This document shows, piece by piece, positions 27,686-41,219 of a stretch of DNA of 64,000 nt. This stretch comes from Octopus sinensis (taxonomy: Eukaryota): positions 57,486,464 through 57,550,463 of the forward strand of contig NC_043011.1 of NCBI RefSeq assembly GCF_006345805.1, read 5' to 3'. The notes under the pieces are model-generated. The model saw nothing but the letters and a program-made list of their open reading frames with translations. It was not told the origin of the DNA and did not search any database. Position 1 is the stretch's first letter. Each line of letters opens with the position of its first letter. The position numbers and the translations under genes were made by a program.

Positions 27686-27722
27686 ATGTCTGTTTGTCTG
27701 TCTGCCTGTCTGTCTCTATCTG

Positions 27723-27773
<51 letters not shown>

Positions 27774-27880
27774 ACCTATCTGTCTGTCTATCCCAAATGC
27801 ACACACACACTCTCATCCACTCTCTCTCTCTCTCTCTCTCTCTTTTTTCTCTTTCTCTCTTTCTATATATATATATATAT
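27441..27880. repeat. (TATC)n + (TC)n + (TA)n compound microsatellite
   Basis: Directly visible. Confidence 0.97.
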
Positions 27881-29084
27881 AGGGTTCAGTATAGTTACTG
27901 TGAGGATTGAAATTCCAGCGTTTCGGAAAAAGTTCTTCTTCACAAATAATTATGCAGGAAAGAAATTAAAGACAGTAAACAACACTTTTGTAACTCAGGA
28001 AATGGAAAACGTTGCCATCTCTCCTTAATTTCTCTCCTGTCTACTTTTCTCTGTCGGAAACATTGGATTTTCTTCTCTCCACTCATATTCCTAGTACTCT
28101 TTACGCTAATGTTATTAAATAACACAATCTTGCCGACGCACTCCATCACTAGTCGCGTTGGGGTTGGATTTGTCGTTCATACATACATACGTATGTGTGT
28201 GTGTGTGTGTGTATGTGTGTGTGTGTGTACACACGCATACATATATATCAACAGTGTGTTCCCGGATTGCTGGTGGGTAACAGATTCAAGTGCATAGATG
28301 AGCCTGTTACTATGGTAGAAGGGAACTGGGTTAATAGTGACTGTCTTGGATCGATCTCGGAAACATGTGAGTCTGAAGGGAATGTGTCAATCACATGACA
28401 GCTAGATAACGACATATTTAAATTTTAAAATCTAATGTGTTCAGCATATAATTAATAATAATGAAATATACTTAATAGTAACAATAAAAAAAGCCAACGA
28501 GAGTGAAGAGGAAAGAGAAGAATACGTCAAAAGAAAAAAGCGGAAGAAGAATAGGAAGAAGAAGAGGGAGAAGGAGAGGAAGAAAAGGAGGCAGATTAAT
28601 TCAATCAATCAATTTTATAATTAAGCGTTTTACAATCATTTTATATGCTTTTTGGTAGTGTATGAAAAAAATTAGATACTGTTACAGACTTGTGTGTAAA
28701 AACAAAATTATCGAAATTATATGAAGAAATAAAAACAACACAAACATAATCAAATGAAATAAACGAAAGCTTTACAATTTCGGAAGACAGACAACTCCCA
28801 CAGCTACTTCATATTGTGTGTATATGCGCGTGCTGGTGTATAAATGCCCACGTGACGTGGCACTACGTGTGTATATATATATATATACGCACACATACAC
28901 ATGTGGGTGCGTGTGAGTGTCTCTGTGTGTGTGTGATGGTACTGGCTGAACAAAGCCGCTCTCTGAATACTTGTATAACAGGTCCAATCCCAGAGGGGTA
29001 TTCTAACAAAAACGCATCAAAATAACGAATCATTAATTAACTATGCAATGACCAAACCAACACATCTGGCTGTTATTGTTTTCG

Positions 29085-29464
29085 TTGTTGTTGTTGCTGT
29101 TGAGCGTAGCGGTCTTCGTCCCATGTCGTGGGAGAAATCCGAAACGTAGTACTTTGCTATTCGTAAGACCCGCAGAAGAGAAAGCAGGTCAACCCCCGAC
29201 ACCGAGAGCATCGAGGGATGGATGAATGCGCATCCAGGCTCAGTGGTTTCGTAGGAAGTCGGGGATCAAGAAACAGGAAGAAAGAGTGAGAGAAAGTTGG
29301 AGCAAAAGAGTACAACAGGGGTCGCCACCAGCCCCTGTTGGAGCCTCGTGGAGCTTTAGATGTTTTCGCTCAATAAACACACACAACGCCCGGCCTGGGA
29401 ATCGAAACCGCGATCCCCCGACCGCGAGTCCGCTGCCCTAACCATTGGGTCATCGCGCCTCCAC
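29085..29464 (-). mobile_element. tRNA-derived SINE family D with (CAA)n tail
   Basis: Reverse strand GGAGGCGCGATGACCCAATGGTTAGGGCAGCGGACTCGCGG...GGTTTCGATTCCC is a tRNA-like head with A- and B-box; the element ends in CAA repeats. Confidence 0.8.
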
Positions 29465-29989
29465 TTGTTGTTGCTATTGCCTACATTAGCTCTCAGCATC
29501 ACATCTTCCTCCTGTATCTCAGGAATGCGCGGTTAAAGGTTTTCTTGTCCTGCAAAATTGAGCAAAGCCGTATCAACAAAATTGTGAAGATTGAAAGTAG
29601 TAAGATCCATCCTCGGTGGGATTGTATCCGTTGCTCGAATTCGAACCTCCACCCCAAGATTTTGCACCGCTACATTGCCCAGGGATGTTTATAATGAATT
29701 CAACACTGTGGTGAGCAGTGAGATAAGGAACCTGAGTTATTGCTTCGACAAAACTTGTCAATGAGACGAAGGAAGCTCTTCATTGCCACCTGATTTGCTA
29801 GAAATAATAGCCAATTCCTCAAATTACACCGTACCATATTAAAACAAGGGGGACGTTGCATAATATTGTCCTGGACTGGGTAGTCATGATTGGAACGCTT
29901 TTGATAATAAATCTGCCCCACGAAGATTGGGTTGAAGCTAAACAACAACAACAGCATTAACAAAATAATCTCTTCTACTATAGGACAAA

Positions 29990-30365
29990 CCTGAGATTTG
30001 AGAGGGGGAGTAGCAAATCGATTATAGCAACCCCTGTATCTGACTGCTGCTGTATTTCATCGTTCCTGAAACGATGAAAGCAGAGTCAAACTCGGAGGGA
30101 TTTGGTCTCAGAATATAAAGACAGACAAAATACCTATTTCTTTATTGCCCACAAGGGGCTAAACACAAAGAGGACAATCAAGGACAGACAAACGGATTAA
30201 GTCGATTATATCGACCCCAGTGCGTAACTGCTAATTAATTTATCGACCCAAAATGGATGAAAGGCAAAGTCGACCTCGGCGGAATTTGAACTCAGAACGT
30301 AAAGACAGACGAAATACCGCTAAGCATTTTTCCCGGTGTGCTAACTTTTCTACCAGCTCGCCGCT
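29990..30365 (-). mobile_element. Family A SINE dimer (long-tail unit 30135-30365 joined to headless unit 29990-30134)
   Basis: Reverse-strand junction reads AATAAAGAAATA|GGTATTTTGTCTGT. Confidence 0.85.
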
Positions 30366-30804
30366 AAGCAATTTGTCCGGCTTGCTAAACATTCTGCAAA
30401 TTCGCCATCTTAACAAAAACAACAATAATAACAAAAATACCAGCATAACTTTTGCTGTGTCGTTCCGCTATGCTGACCACCAGACTGGGTGATCCTGGAA
30501 ACCGAGGATGGGGGGGGGGGCTGTCCACCTGATTAAACCATTAAATTGCTTTCGGTTTACCCTCATTTCCAATAACCGTGATTTTCTTTGGCAAAGATAT
30601 TTCTTAAAAACAGAGTGAAAAACATTAACCGCTGACACAATCATAATAACACTTGAAATTCGAAAGATCATCTCGTATCAACCGCATGGCTACCTGCAAG
30701 TCTCTTAGTGGAAGATAATTAATAAAAGAAACTGGAAATATATAATTAGAATATTTCATGTGATATCCAGAAACCAGAAATGATTTTCTCCGATTTGGCT
30801 GCGT

Positions 30805-30805
<1 letters not shown>

Positions 30806-30872
<67 letters not shown>

Positions 30873-30906
30873 ATTATTATTATTATTATCATCATCATCA
30901 TTATTG

Positions 30907-30940
<34 letters not shown>

Positions 30941-30954
30941 CATCATCATTATTA

Positions 30955-31027
<73 letters not shown>

Positions 31028-31047
31028 CATCATCATCATCATTATTA

Positions 31048-31115
<68 letters not shown>

Positions 31116-31120
31116 TTAGT
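30806..31120. repeat. (TTA)n microsatellite with (TCA)n islands
   Basis: Directly visible. Confidence 0.97.
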
Positions 31121-31410
31121 TTGCAATCAAAATCTTGGAAATGTTCAAGTTAATTGAAGTTACATTATCGATAAAAGCTGTAAATTATGTATATAATCAA
31201 AATAGAATTGAGCCGGGGAAATATCAATTGCAAATGCTATAAAATAATCATTCAAAATTCACTTACTTAAACATACATACATACACACACATGCACACAC
31301 ACGCACGCGCACACACACACATATATATATATATATACATAATGTGTATCTATATATATGAATAATCATACATGTACGCAAACTTACGTTTGCATATGTA
31401 TGTTTGTATG

Positions 31411-31447
<37 letters not shown>

Positions 31448-31595
31448 TTACAATTGTAAATATGTATGTACATATTGGTATGCGTGCTTCTATCTATGAT
31501 ACATATGTATTTGTTGCATAAATCATTATCGTTATCTCCGATATGCCCATCTTGTTAGTAATTCGCCATTACACTGACGAATATATAAATACATC

Positions 31596-31663
<68 letters not shown>

Positions 31664-32752
31664 ACGAAAGGGAGGGAGTGAAAGAAAGAGAGCAGAGCAG
31701 AGCTAAACTTATTACTGCAGTCATACAATAAATATATTCAATTAATATTTGCACGTTTGGAAACTATTGAAGCAGCTTAAATGAACTTACAGTTAAAGCA
31801 ACATCCACGACACGATAGTATAATTCTCACATGCACAAACGGCGCCATCACCGCCACCACTGCTCCATTCAACGATAGATTCTTCTTCATTAGCCTATAA
31901 TTTTGTTATTCATAGAAACCGTGACATTTAATATTTTATCTTTGTAATGATATTCTCGTAAATATAAAATATCTTCTTTATCTTTGTTTTTGTTTTTTTT
32001 CGCAGGCAAATTTCAATTTTATATCGTCTGCTTTTTCTAAGTAGATATGTTTTCAACATAAACCGAGCCATAACACTACTTCTAGTCAAAACATAGAAAG
32101 TATTTCGTTAATCATGTTTGGAGATGTAAATGACAAATGCAAATCCAGAAGATGACAGTAGACACTTTACACTAGAATTTCATAATTCTTTCAATGACGT
32201 TTTAACAAGTTCGTTCCTTGAGTTTCTTGCTCCCAATCAATTCCGTACCAAAATCCCAAATCTTCGCTAATTGTCATTGTTGTTGTTAAGATTACCTGTC
32301 GATACTATTGAGAGAGCCTGTGATCAACGACGTTCTAACATTGACCATCCTGTCGTTTTGCATACTAAACACCGAATTATTCAATACCGAATTCTTTCAT
32401 TACAAAAGTAGGGAGATTTAGCAGCTAATCCAAACGTGGGCCATTACATAGAGATTTCTTCTTTGGTTCGCTTTTCAATGTCCATGTTTATACAATTTAT
32501 ATTTCAGTTAATGTTTTGAAACATGTGGATGTGTGATCAAATACATTCCATCCGTAACCACCATGTCCTAGCTTTTAATTACAACGAATCATCGGCCGTA
32601 CTTATCTAATGAGTCATTCCACTTTTTAAAAACAGCTTGTGTGCGATATGAGGTAAATACTATTATCTTTCATAACAATTAATACTTGTAATATCTCTTA
32701 CAAAAATTAAAAAATACTTCCTTAAAAAATTAGTTGTAGGATGAATTTAAAA

Positions 32753-32946
32753 TGGTGGCAAGATGATGGAATCGTTATCGCGCCGGACAAAATGCTTAGC
32801 GGCATTATTTCCGGCTTTTGACTTCTGGAATACAAATGTTGATGAAGTCGACTTTGCCTTTCTTCCTTTTCATGGTAAAATATGTAGAAATCAGGTATTG
32901 GGGTCGATGGAATCGAGTTCTGCCTCTCCTAGGAATTGCTGGACTG
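32753..32946 (+). mobile_element. Family A SINE, diverged short-tail form
   Basis: GAATCGTTATCGCGCCGGACAAAATGCTTAGCGGCATT...GAAGTCGACTTTGCCTTTC. Confidence 0.8.
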
Positions 32947-32979
32947 AAGACTGCAATTTTGAAAGTCAATGAATCGTTC

Positions 32980-34420
32980 GAGTTAAAGATGTCTGTCTCT
33001 AAAACAAAAGACTGGGAGGGAAAAAAAGAATCTAGTAGCAGTCGAAGATTGTTCTCTCACTTTAATGAAAGTTCAGGACTATATAATATATACATTCCTG
33101 GTCAACTTGCAACTACGTATAAAAATGCAACTACAAAATTTCCGGTTGAAGTACACAAAAATTATAAACGATGATAGACAGACATATCTTTAATGTTGCT
33201 GAGATAGGATTGGATAGGGAAAATGCTAATGCTAACACGTTTGATGGAAAAAGAAAAGGAAAAGAATGAAGCAGTGTACAAAGCTGTAAAGGATTAGACA
33301 CTTTTACTGTGTTGCACTGTCATTTAAGACTAGCGTTGTGTTGCGAATTGAAAACCTTAGAGATTTACGGGTCCATTAAAACTTTCCAACGTTCAGTATC
33401 ATGGTGATTAAGTTAGAATGCATGGATCTCCAGAGAATTATTTGCAGATCGTTTGCAAATGATTTTTCACCCCGAGTTGAAGGGTACTGTAAAGATAATA
33501 GCCGAGATTTTAATGTTCTGTTTATTAGACAATACAACAGGTTATCCGTTTTCATTATCGGACTCAAAGGAGCTTAGAAAAATAAAAGTGCATCACCCCT
33601 GCCATCAAATATAACGTCCTTGCTACAACGAAAGGTCGAAGGTGTAGTTCTCACTTTAAAGTTCTAAAATGTTGGGAAATGCTGTTAAATCTACAACAGG
33701 GGGAAAAGATGTTTCATTATCAACATTTTGGAAACTTTATACAATCAGAGTTGCAATCGAAATCATTCAGGTGTCTTGAGCCCAACTTGTTGCTAGTAAC
33801 GTGTTTTATGTAGCAATATTTTTTGATCGTATCTGGCGAATGATATTCCAGGTTTCGAACCGAAGGTTTCGAAAGGCGGTGAGCTGGGAGAAACGTTATC
33901 ACGCGGGGCGAAATGGTTAGCGGTATTTCGTCTGCCGTTACGTTCTGAGTTCAAATACCGCCGAAGTCGACTCTGTTTTTCATCCATTCGGGATCGATTA
34001 AATAAGTATCAGTTACGCACTGGGATCGATGTAATCGATTTAATCCGTTTGTCTGTTCTTGTTTGTCCTCTCTGTGTTTAACCCCTTGTGGGTAGTAAAG
34101 AAATAGGTTTTGAATTGCAGACTCAAGCAATTGCATAATGTGAGTTCAGAATAGAAAAGAACGGCCTAACAAATGAATCTCTCGATAGAGATAATTTTCA
34201 TGAGTACATCGACTTTCATTGAAAGGATTTCGCGAATGATTCACTTCTTGCGCTTCAAGAACAAAATATTTACGAGGAAAATAACTTGAATGCCAATCTT
34301 ACGGAAGAGACAACCGCAGAAAAAAAGTTTACAATGTCTGAAATAGTGCAAACTTTTAGTCATTTAGAAAGTCTGTACGAGAACTTTACGAACACAGATT
34401 CCATATGTGAAAAGTGAATG
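32980..34420 (+). mobile_element. pogo/Tigger-family DNA transposon transposase relic (CENP-B-like HTH + DDE_1 + C-terminus), interrupted by a SINE
   Basis: Motifs occur in the correct order across frames: FNESSGLYNIYIPGQ, IFNVAEIGL (cf. IFNVDETGL), NAWISRELF, LDNTTGYP (cf. LDNAPGHP), PSNITSLLQ (cf. PPNTTSLIQP), DIPGFE, KFTMSEIVQTFSHLE. Multiple stops and frameshifts. Confidence 0.8.
33874..34105 (+). mobile_element. Family A SINE, long-tail form, with 9-bp TSD
   Basis: Flanked by GGTTTCGAA (33865-33873) and GGTTTTGAA (34106-34114). Confidence 0.92.
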
Positions 34421-34804
34421 AAATTTCGATAAAATTTCAAACTTCTCTTCGATGTTACCCAGATGTACATATGAAAAGTAATGAAATGTAGTCCAGACGA
34501 AGTTGTCGAAATATTTTTCGGGAAAACAAATTTCATGGCAAATTCATTTGTGAGATTAGTTTTATAAAAAGGTTTGAAATACACTCGGTTCTTAATCTTT
34601 TACTGCTGGTCATGACTTGTGGAATGTGCTATTGGGTGCTTTAAGATACGTGCGTAATTCAAGATACGTAACATGCGGCATACAACACGATTCTTCGCAA
34701 AATCACAAGACACATAAACATATGCGTGTGTCTATGTGTGTGTGTCCATGTCCATTTATGCAGGTGCACACACACACACAAACAAACATATATATATATA
34801 TATA

Positions 34805-34962
34805 TACGACGAGCTTCTTTCACTTTCCGTCTACCAAATCCACTCTCAAGGCTTTGGTCAGCCCGAGGCTATAGTAGAAGACACTTGCCCAAGGTGCCAT
34901 GCGGTGGGACTGAACCCGGAACCAAGTGGTTGGTAAGCAAGTTACTTACCACACACCCGCTC
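34805..34962 (-). mobile_element. Family B SINE, 5' half
   Basis: Homologous to 8041-8201 and 24990-25162. Confidence 0.87.
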
Positions 34963-35518
34963 ATATATATATATATATATATTTATGAATATGTATATAT
35001 TTTTGGTAACACATTGCTAAACCGCTGCCTACCTTAATTTTTTGTATACACATTAGCGATTGGCTAAATCATCCATGGATTTCTATGTTGTAAACATATA
35101 TACTGGCGGTGTGAAAGTCGAAACTGACCAGTCAGTATTGGGATATCTGGATAGCTGCTTTTAGGTGATTACGGTCGCTGTCAGTGTGTATGTATAGAGT
35201 TATGTGCTTTGACTGCAGCAGTAGACCGCTTTAGGTCTTATTTCTAGCTGTGTAGATTTTATAACAGCCCCAGTCATATCCAATTGCAATTATAGTTTTC
35301 CTTTTCACTAACACATTGCTAAACCGTTGCCGACATTAATTATTTGTACGCGCACACACACATACACACGAGAAGTTTTGGTGTCCCGAACACCCAAAGA
35401 AATTTCACACTACCTTGGCTTTGTTCTCTCATTTTATTTAACATATACATACATACATACACACACACATAAAAATGTAATAATTACTATGAACTATTGT
35501 GTAGAATATATTGTATAA

Positions 35519-35783
35519 ACGATCGTGGCTAAGTCGAAAAGAATGCGAAGTAAATGCAAAGTAAATCACAAGAAAACAAATATGCGAATTAATATAAATT
35601 TACTTTCTATTCAATATTTCGGGGTTATGACCCCATTATCCAGAAATAGATGCGTATTTCTTGAAATGGGTTCATAACCCCGAAATATTGAATAGAAAGT
35701 AAATTTATATTAATTCACATATTTAATTTCTTGTGACTTACCTTGCATTTATTTCGCATTCTTTTCGACTTAGCCACGATCGT
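35519..35783. repeat. Fold-back palindrome, arms about 130 bp, ~6-nt loop
   Basis: ACGATCGTGGCTAAGTCGAAAAGAATGCGAA ... TTCGCATTCTTTTCGACTTAGCCACGATCGT; about 10 arm differences counted by eye. Confidence 0.93.
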
Positions 35784-35940
35784 AAATATATATATATATA
35801 TCTTTTCCTATTTTTTTCCTATTTGTAATCACCCCACTTTGTCGTATGGTTAACACCATATAGATTTCCGGTGCATCCTAGTTAAGGACCATATTCATGT
35901 GAATTCATTAGAACTCACTTGAATCTCAATAACTTAAACC

Positions 35941-35991
<51 letters not shown>

Positions 35992-36060
35992 TTCACACGC
36001 ACATTTATATGTGCATATACATATATGTATATATGTCTATTTATATACATCGTTTTATAT

Positions 36061-36104
<44 letters not shown>

Positions 36105-36879
36105 GCCGTGTGTGTGTATGCATGCATGTTTGTGTGTGTGTCCACAAAATTCACTTGAATATAAATTGCAGCGGAGCGTATTTTGGGCAGGGCTGTGTCA
36201 CATTCAAATTTCAATAGAATCGGACGCCTGTAAAAACGTACATCGCAAGATTCAAGACTTTCGCCTTCACACAAAACAAACAACTACGATACTCTGGCGG
36301 TGATCAGTCCTGCACTTACAACAAGAGATCACGGAAACGCATAATACACAGTGTATGGATGAGAACACGGAAGGAAAGCACAGAAAAAAACAAATAGACA
36401 TCAACTTGTAGCGTTATCCAATGGAGATTTGTATTAAAAACTAGATTGAACATGAAAATTATATTAGTAACGAAATATATTTATCAATAAGCAAAGATGT
36501 TATACGCTGCACTTAGAATAAACCCATGAAATTTCCCAAGAGTTAACCGCTGAATGCTTTCGAAATGCTATCGTGGATTGTACTAATTCTAATATTTCTG
36601 TTGTCGTTCTTGTGCATCTACTGCAAATCACTTCCTGTTATTAGTCACTACAATATTGTCAATATTCCCCGGATGAGTAGTTTACGCTACACTTCAGAAG
36701 ATAATGTGATGGGGTGATTTTTTAAGAGTAAACAATACTTTGTTGAATTTATTGGAAATCAAAAGGAAGCTTCTAAATTTTATGAAGATTTAATTGTTGT
36801 ACAGCGTTTGCATGAGGTGACCTCTTTATGAAATCCTATGAAATGATAATGATCACGCATCTATTATCTTTTTACTTTG

Positions 36880-37118
<239 letters not shown>

Positions 37119-37124
37119 CGATAG

Positions 37125-37237
37125 GCATCCGAAGGGATGAAAGGCCAAGGCGATCTCAGCGGAATTTGGATTGAGAACAGACGAAATGCCGCTAATCGTT
37201 TTCTTCAGCGCTTCACCGATTCTGCCTGCTCATTGCC
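37125..37237 (-). mobile_element. Family A SINE fragment
   Basis: CCGAAGGGATGAAAGGC...GCGGAATTTG...GACGAAATGCCGCTAA. Confidence 0.7.
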
Positions 37238-37420
37238 TAGCAGTACCCAGCTGGATGACAGGAAGAATGACATTGTTATGTGCCAAGGATCCTGAAAAGA
37301 GATATGTAGCATCCAACCTTAGACCAATAACGTGCCTTCCGCTAATGTGGAAACTCATGTTATGTGCTTTGGGCGGTGACCTGTACAGATACTTGTCAAG
37401 GAGTGGGCAGCTACCTATTG
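37238..37420 (+). mobile_element. R4/Dong-like non-LTR RT N-terminal fragment
   Basis: VPSWMTGRMTLLCAKDPEKRYVASNLRPITCLPLMWKLM matches the PxWxTxGRTxLxxKDP...SNYRPITCLPxxWKL block of R4-clade RTs. Confidence 0.75.
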
Positions 37421-37616
37421 AAGGAAAACACGATACTTATGTCGATTTGTTCAACTAAATTTTCTCTAAGACAATGCCCCGGCTGGGCCACAGCTACATA
37501 ACTGAAACAAGTAAAAGATAAAAGTTAAAATTAACTTAATTTCTCAAAAAATCTTGTAACTTCTGGTATTTGCTTTGTTTTATATTTATTAGAAATGTAC
37601 AGAAACTAGTATTTTT

Positions 37617-37654
<38 letters not shown>

Positions 37655-37698
37655 TACACACATATATGTATATGCGTGTGTGTGTATGTATGTGTGTG

Positions 37699-37741
<43 letters not shown>

Positions 37742-38479
37742 TAGACCTATATACGTACATACATGCCTACATATATGTCGTAATCTTCTTTCCTGTCAAA
37801 TAATATCTGAGAAAATTATAATTTCAGACTTGTTCACTTCCGTTTGATGCTTTAAACTATATCAAGAATAGAAAAATAACTTGAAGGCTATTTCACATCT
37901 TCCCTCCTACTTAATTGCTTATTAGCTATTTTGCAACTATTTCTAAGCAATAGTCGATCTGTCAGAACCAATTAATATTCGATCGTTCTCAATTACGGTT
38001 ATAAATGCCATATGCAAATTATTGAAGCTACAAAAAATGCCATGATTTAAATTGATGCGTAAAATTGTTACGTAATTTCTCTACTAAGTATAGAAAAGAA
38101 ACACGGAATATGTTTGTGGCAGGGGAAAAAATTGTCAGTATTTCGAATATTCATTTTTCTCCTAATTATCTACACATTATTTCGCTATCGTTTCTCTCTC
38201 CGCCTTGCTATTCCTGTATATACATATAAATATACATTTACACACACACACACACCACACACACACATACTACTGACAAAACGTAGCATTAATTCTCTGG
38301 GCCGTTCAATTTTTATCAACCGATCAATGGGGCGACTGAGAAAACCAATAAATAACAAATTATAATGAAACAGCTGTAAGTCAAATTTACTACAATAAAC
38401 TATTATGTAATGACCAATATATGTGCCTTATATACATGCGTACACACACACACACACACACACATACACACATATGTAC

Positions 38480-38835
38480 ATGAGCAAAGTATTCGAATGT
38501 TTACCTCGGTCAAGTGATTTTTCTCATAGCCCAGGATCGCCCAATGTATTGTGTGTGAATTTGGTAGACGGAAACTGTGTTGAAGCCTGTCGTTTATATG
38601 CCTATGCATTTGTGCATGCTTTTATGCTTTTGTATTTGTGTTTGTCTCCCTGCCCTTTTGATACCGTTGTTAGCTTGTTGACGTCCCCGTAATTAGCGGT
38701 TCGGCAAAAGACAACTAAAAAAATAAATACCTGACTTAAAAATATACAGTGGAGCCAATTTGTTCGACTAAAGCCTTTCAAGGCCATGCCCGGGCATGGG
38801 CCCCGGTTAAATGCCTGAAGCAAACAAAAGATAAA
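38480..38835 (+). mobile_element. Family B SINE, old and diverged
   Basis: GAATTTGGTAGACGGAAACTG and GTCCCCGTAATTAGCGGTTCGGCAAAAGAC segments plus a degenerate tail. Confidence 0.7.
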
Positions 38836-39409
38836 GGGTATTTTGTCTCTTACTTTATTGAGAAGGTTCTGAAAGTTGGCTAAATTTTCCTAGCGAGATG
38901 TGAACCCTAACTTTTGCAAAATTTATACGAAGTCTTAATATTGAAGATGGAATGATGTTTTTGTCAAATGTTCGTATTTTAAATATATTGCTTTTGAGGG
39001 ACATCGGACTTGCCGACAACCTCAGATTTAAAAGGGATGTAAAAAAAATGACTGTATGACATTGATTGTGTAACATCCGTTTCTTTCTCAAAGTCATCGG
39101 CTGTACAAGGTGAAATACGCATTATTTCATTATAAGGAATTGAACCTGGATCGAAGGATCGAAGTATTTAATTGCCGACTGTTCAGATTTTGTTTTATGC
39201 CACTTGCTGCACCACGGACCCGTATACAATGCAACTAGCGGGACCAACAACGTGGTGAAGGAGGCATTTCACTTTTAAAACTTCACACGACCGAGGCGAA
39301 GCACAAGTGATTTTAGGAAACGTGAACAATCGTTATTCACCCTGATATGAAAGTGATGAAAGTTGAAAAGCAGTGACCAATACCGAAGAGAGTTCATTCT
39401 TTATTTAAT

Positions 39410-39413
<4 letters not shown>

Positions 39414-39484
<71 letters not shown>
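39414..39484. repeat. (TTA)n microsatellite
   Basis: Directly visible. Confidence 0.95.
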
Positions 39485-39486
<2 letters not shown>

Positions 39487-39649
39487 GAGGGGAGTGAGTA
39501 GATTAACGTAAGGACTAGTTGATTTAGTATCAAATTGCGAGTAATTATGTTTGTCATTTGACATTAATTACTCAACTCGTTAACTGTACTAGTTGTTTAA
39601 AGAGTCCTGGCATTTAACCAATATTTGCTTTCATCGTGTAACCATCAGA

Positions 39650-39695
<46 letters not shown>

Positions 39696-40524
39696 CCCTG
39701 ACGCATACTTACTGATTGACTAATATATTCTCACAGATATCTGCATACTCACAGGATATTCGTCTAATCGGTTACGTATTCGATCTTTCAGTTTCTCCAA
39801 GATATAACTCTTTTTTGACCAAATTCCATCAGAGACGCTGTATCTCTTTGAAATAACTTCAATGCAATTTCCGCAGCCACTGTATGATCGCGAAACATAT
39901 AACTTGTTTTCATTCCATTGTCTGCAACCTGTCACTTCTTGTGAGAAAAACCAATCAATAAATCTGCTACGATTCGATGCAGAAACTCGCAACACAATTC
40001 GTTGGGTGTCTTTACACAATATTTCGCTATTCAGTTTAAGCAGAAAACAATTTATAAGATAGTTAATCAAAATAATTATATAGCTCTGAGTTTCTTTTGA
40101 ATATAAAACCTTGATATCCAATGGTTTAGATATCGAGAACCTTCAAGCAAAGCCCTTTTGCCACTCTTCTGATCATAAAGCAGACATTTCTTTCTTAACA
40201 GCTAATGATATATTTTCGATGTTTTTCCTGCAATTCAATATCTCCCATACAACACTAGTTCCTTTATTTTACTCCATCGCCTTTCACTAACTATCTCTCA
40301 CTTCATTTCGTCGAGGCAATAATTTTATCGTGACGTGAAGCCTACAGATATGGGTATATAAATATATTTAACGAATAAAAACAATTGGCGGTGAGATATG
40401 AAGCTTCCGTTTTGAAGTTACATCCCCAATGATTAAAGGTGGATCATGACATTTTCCCATTTACAACATATCGGCCGCTTTAAACCAATCTTTACAATTA
40501 TTCAAAAGAAATTGCCTCATATAG

Positions 40525-40525
40525 T

Positions 40526-40614
<89 letters not shown>

Positions 40615-41021
40615 TGTGATAATAATAATAATAATAATAATAATCTCTGATCACGAGCAGAAGTAGTGGGGGAGCATCATAGCCATGTGTTGAGAGGGAG
40701 TCTTTGGGGTTTGAATAATTCACCTCTGGAAACATGGGTGGTTCTTTCAACATCCTTAAACAACCCTTATTCAGGGACCTTTTCAGCGGGATGGGCTACT
40801 CAACCTGAAGAAAATTCTAACTGGGCCCCACCTGCAAGGTCATGTGCTGTTTATCTTGATATGAGATCACCATGTCGCGCACATATGGTTGTGATGCATG
40901 TGCCTGGTGTACCCTTATCAGACGGGTAGTCATGATGGGTATATTGGGCTTCGTATATTTTACCCCTGTGTCACTTTGATGGCATGCACTGCTCTCTCAC
41001 TCAATAATAATAATAATATTA

Positions 41022-41056
<35 letters not shown>

Positions 41057-41057
41057 A

Positions 41058-41118
<61 letters not shown>
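40525..41118. repeat. (TAA)n array split by a 358-bp insert, continuing as (AAT)n/(GAT)n
   Basis: Directly visible; the insert spans 40645-41002. Confidence 0.9.
40645..41002. mobile_element. Unclassified insert within (TAA)n, probable retroelement-derived
   Basis: GC-richer block with sharp AAT-repeat boundaries on both sides, no long ORF and no clear Pol III boxes. Confidence 0.45.
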
Positions 41119-41121
<3 letters not shown>

Positions 41122-41179
41122 CAACATTTTGCCACAAGGGCAGCTTGGGCGAGGAGGTTACCTTGCAATTTTACTTTGT

Positions 41180-41219
<40 letters not shown>

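Noticed and set aside
28250-28398. Possible exon (CVPGLLVGNRFKCIDEP..., donor-like CAT|GTGAGT)
   Set aside because: No polypyrimidine acceptor and no recognisable homology.
29390-29464. tRNA-like sequences here and at 63274-63345 as tRNA genes
   Set aside because: They run directly into SINE bodies and lack a complete cloverleaf and a poly-T terminator.
39720-40121. 133-aa non-repetitive ORF
   Set aside because: No recognisable motif, and its length is within chance expectation.
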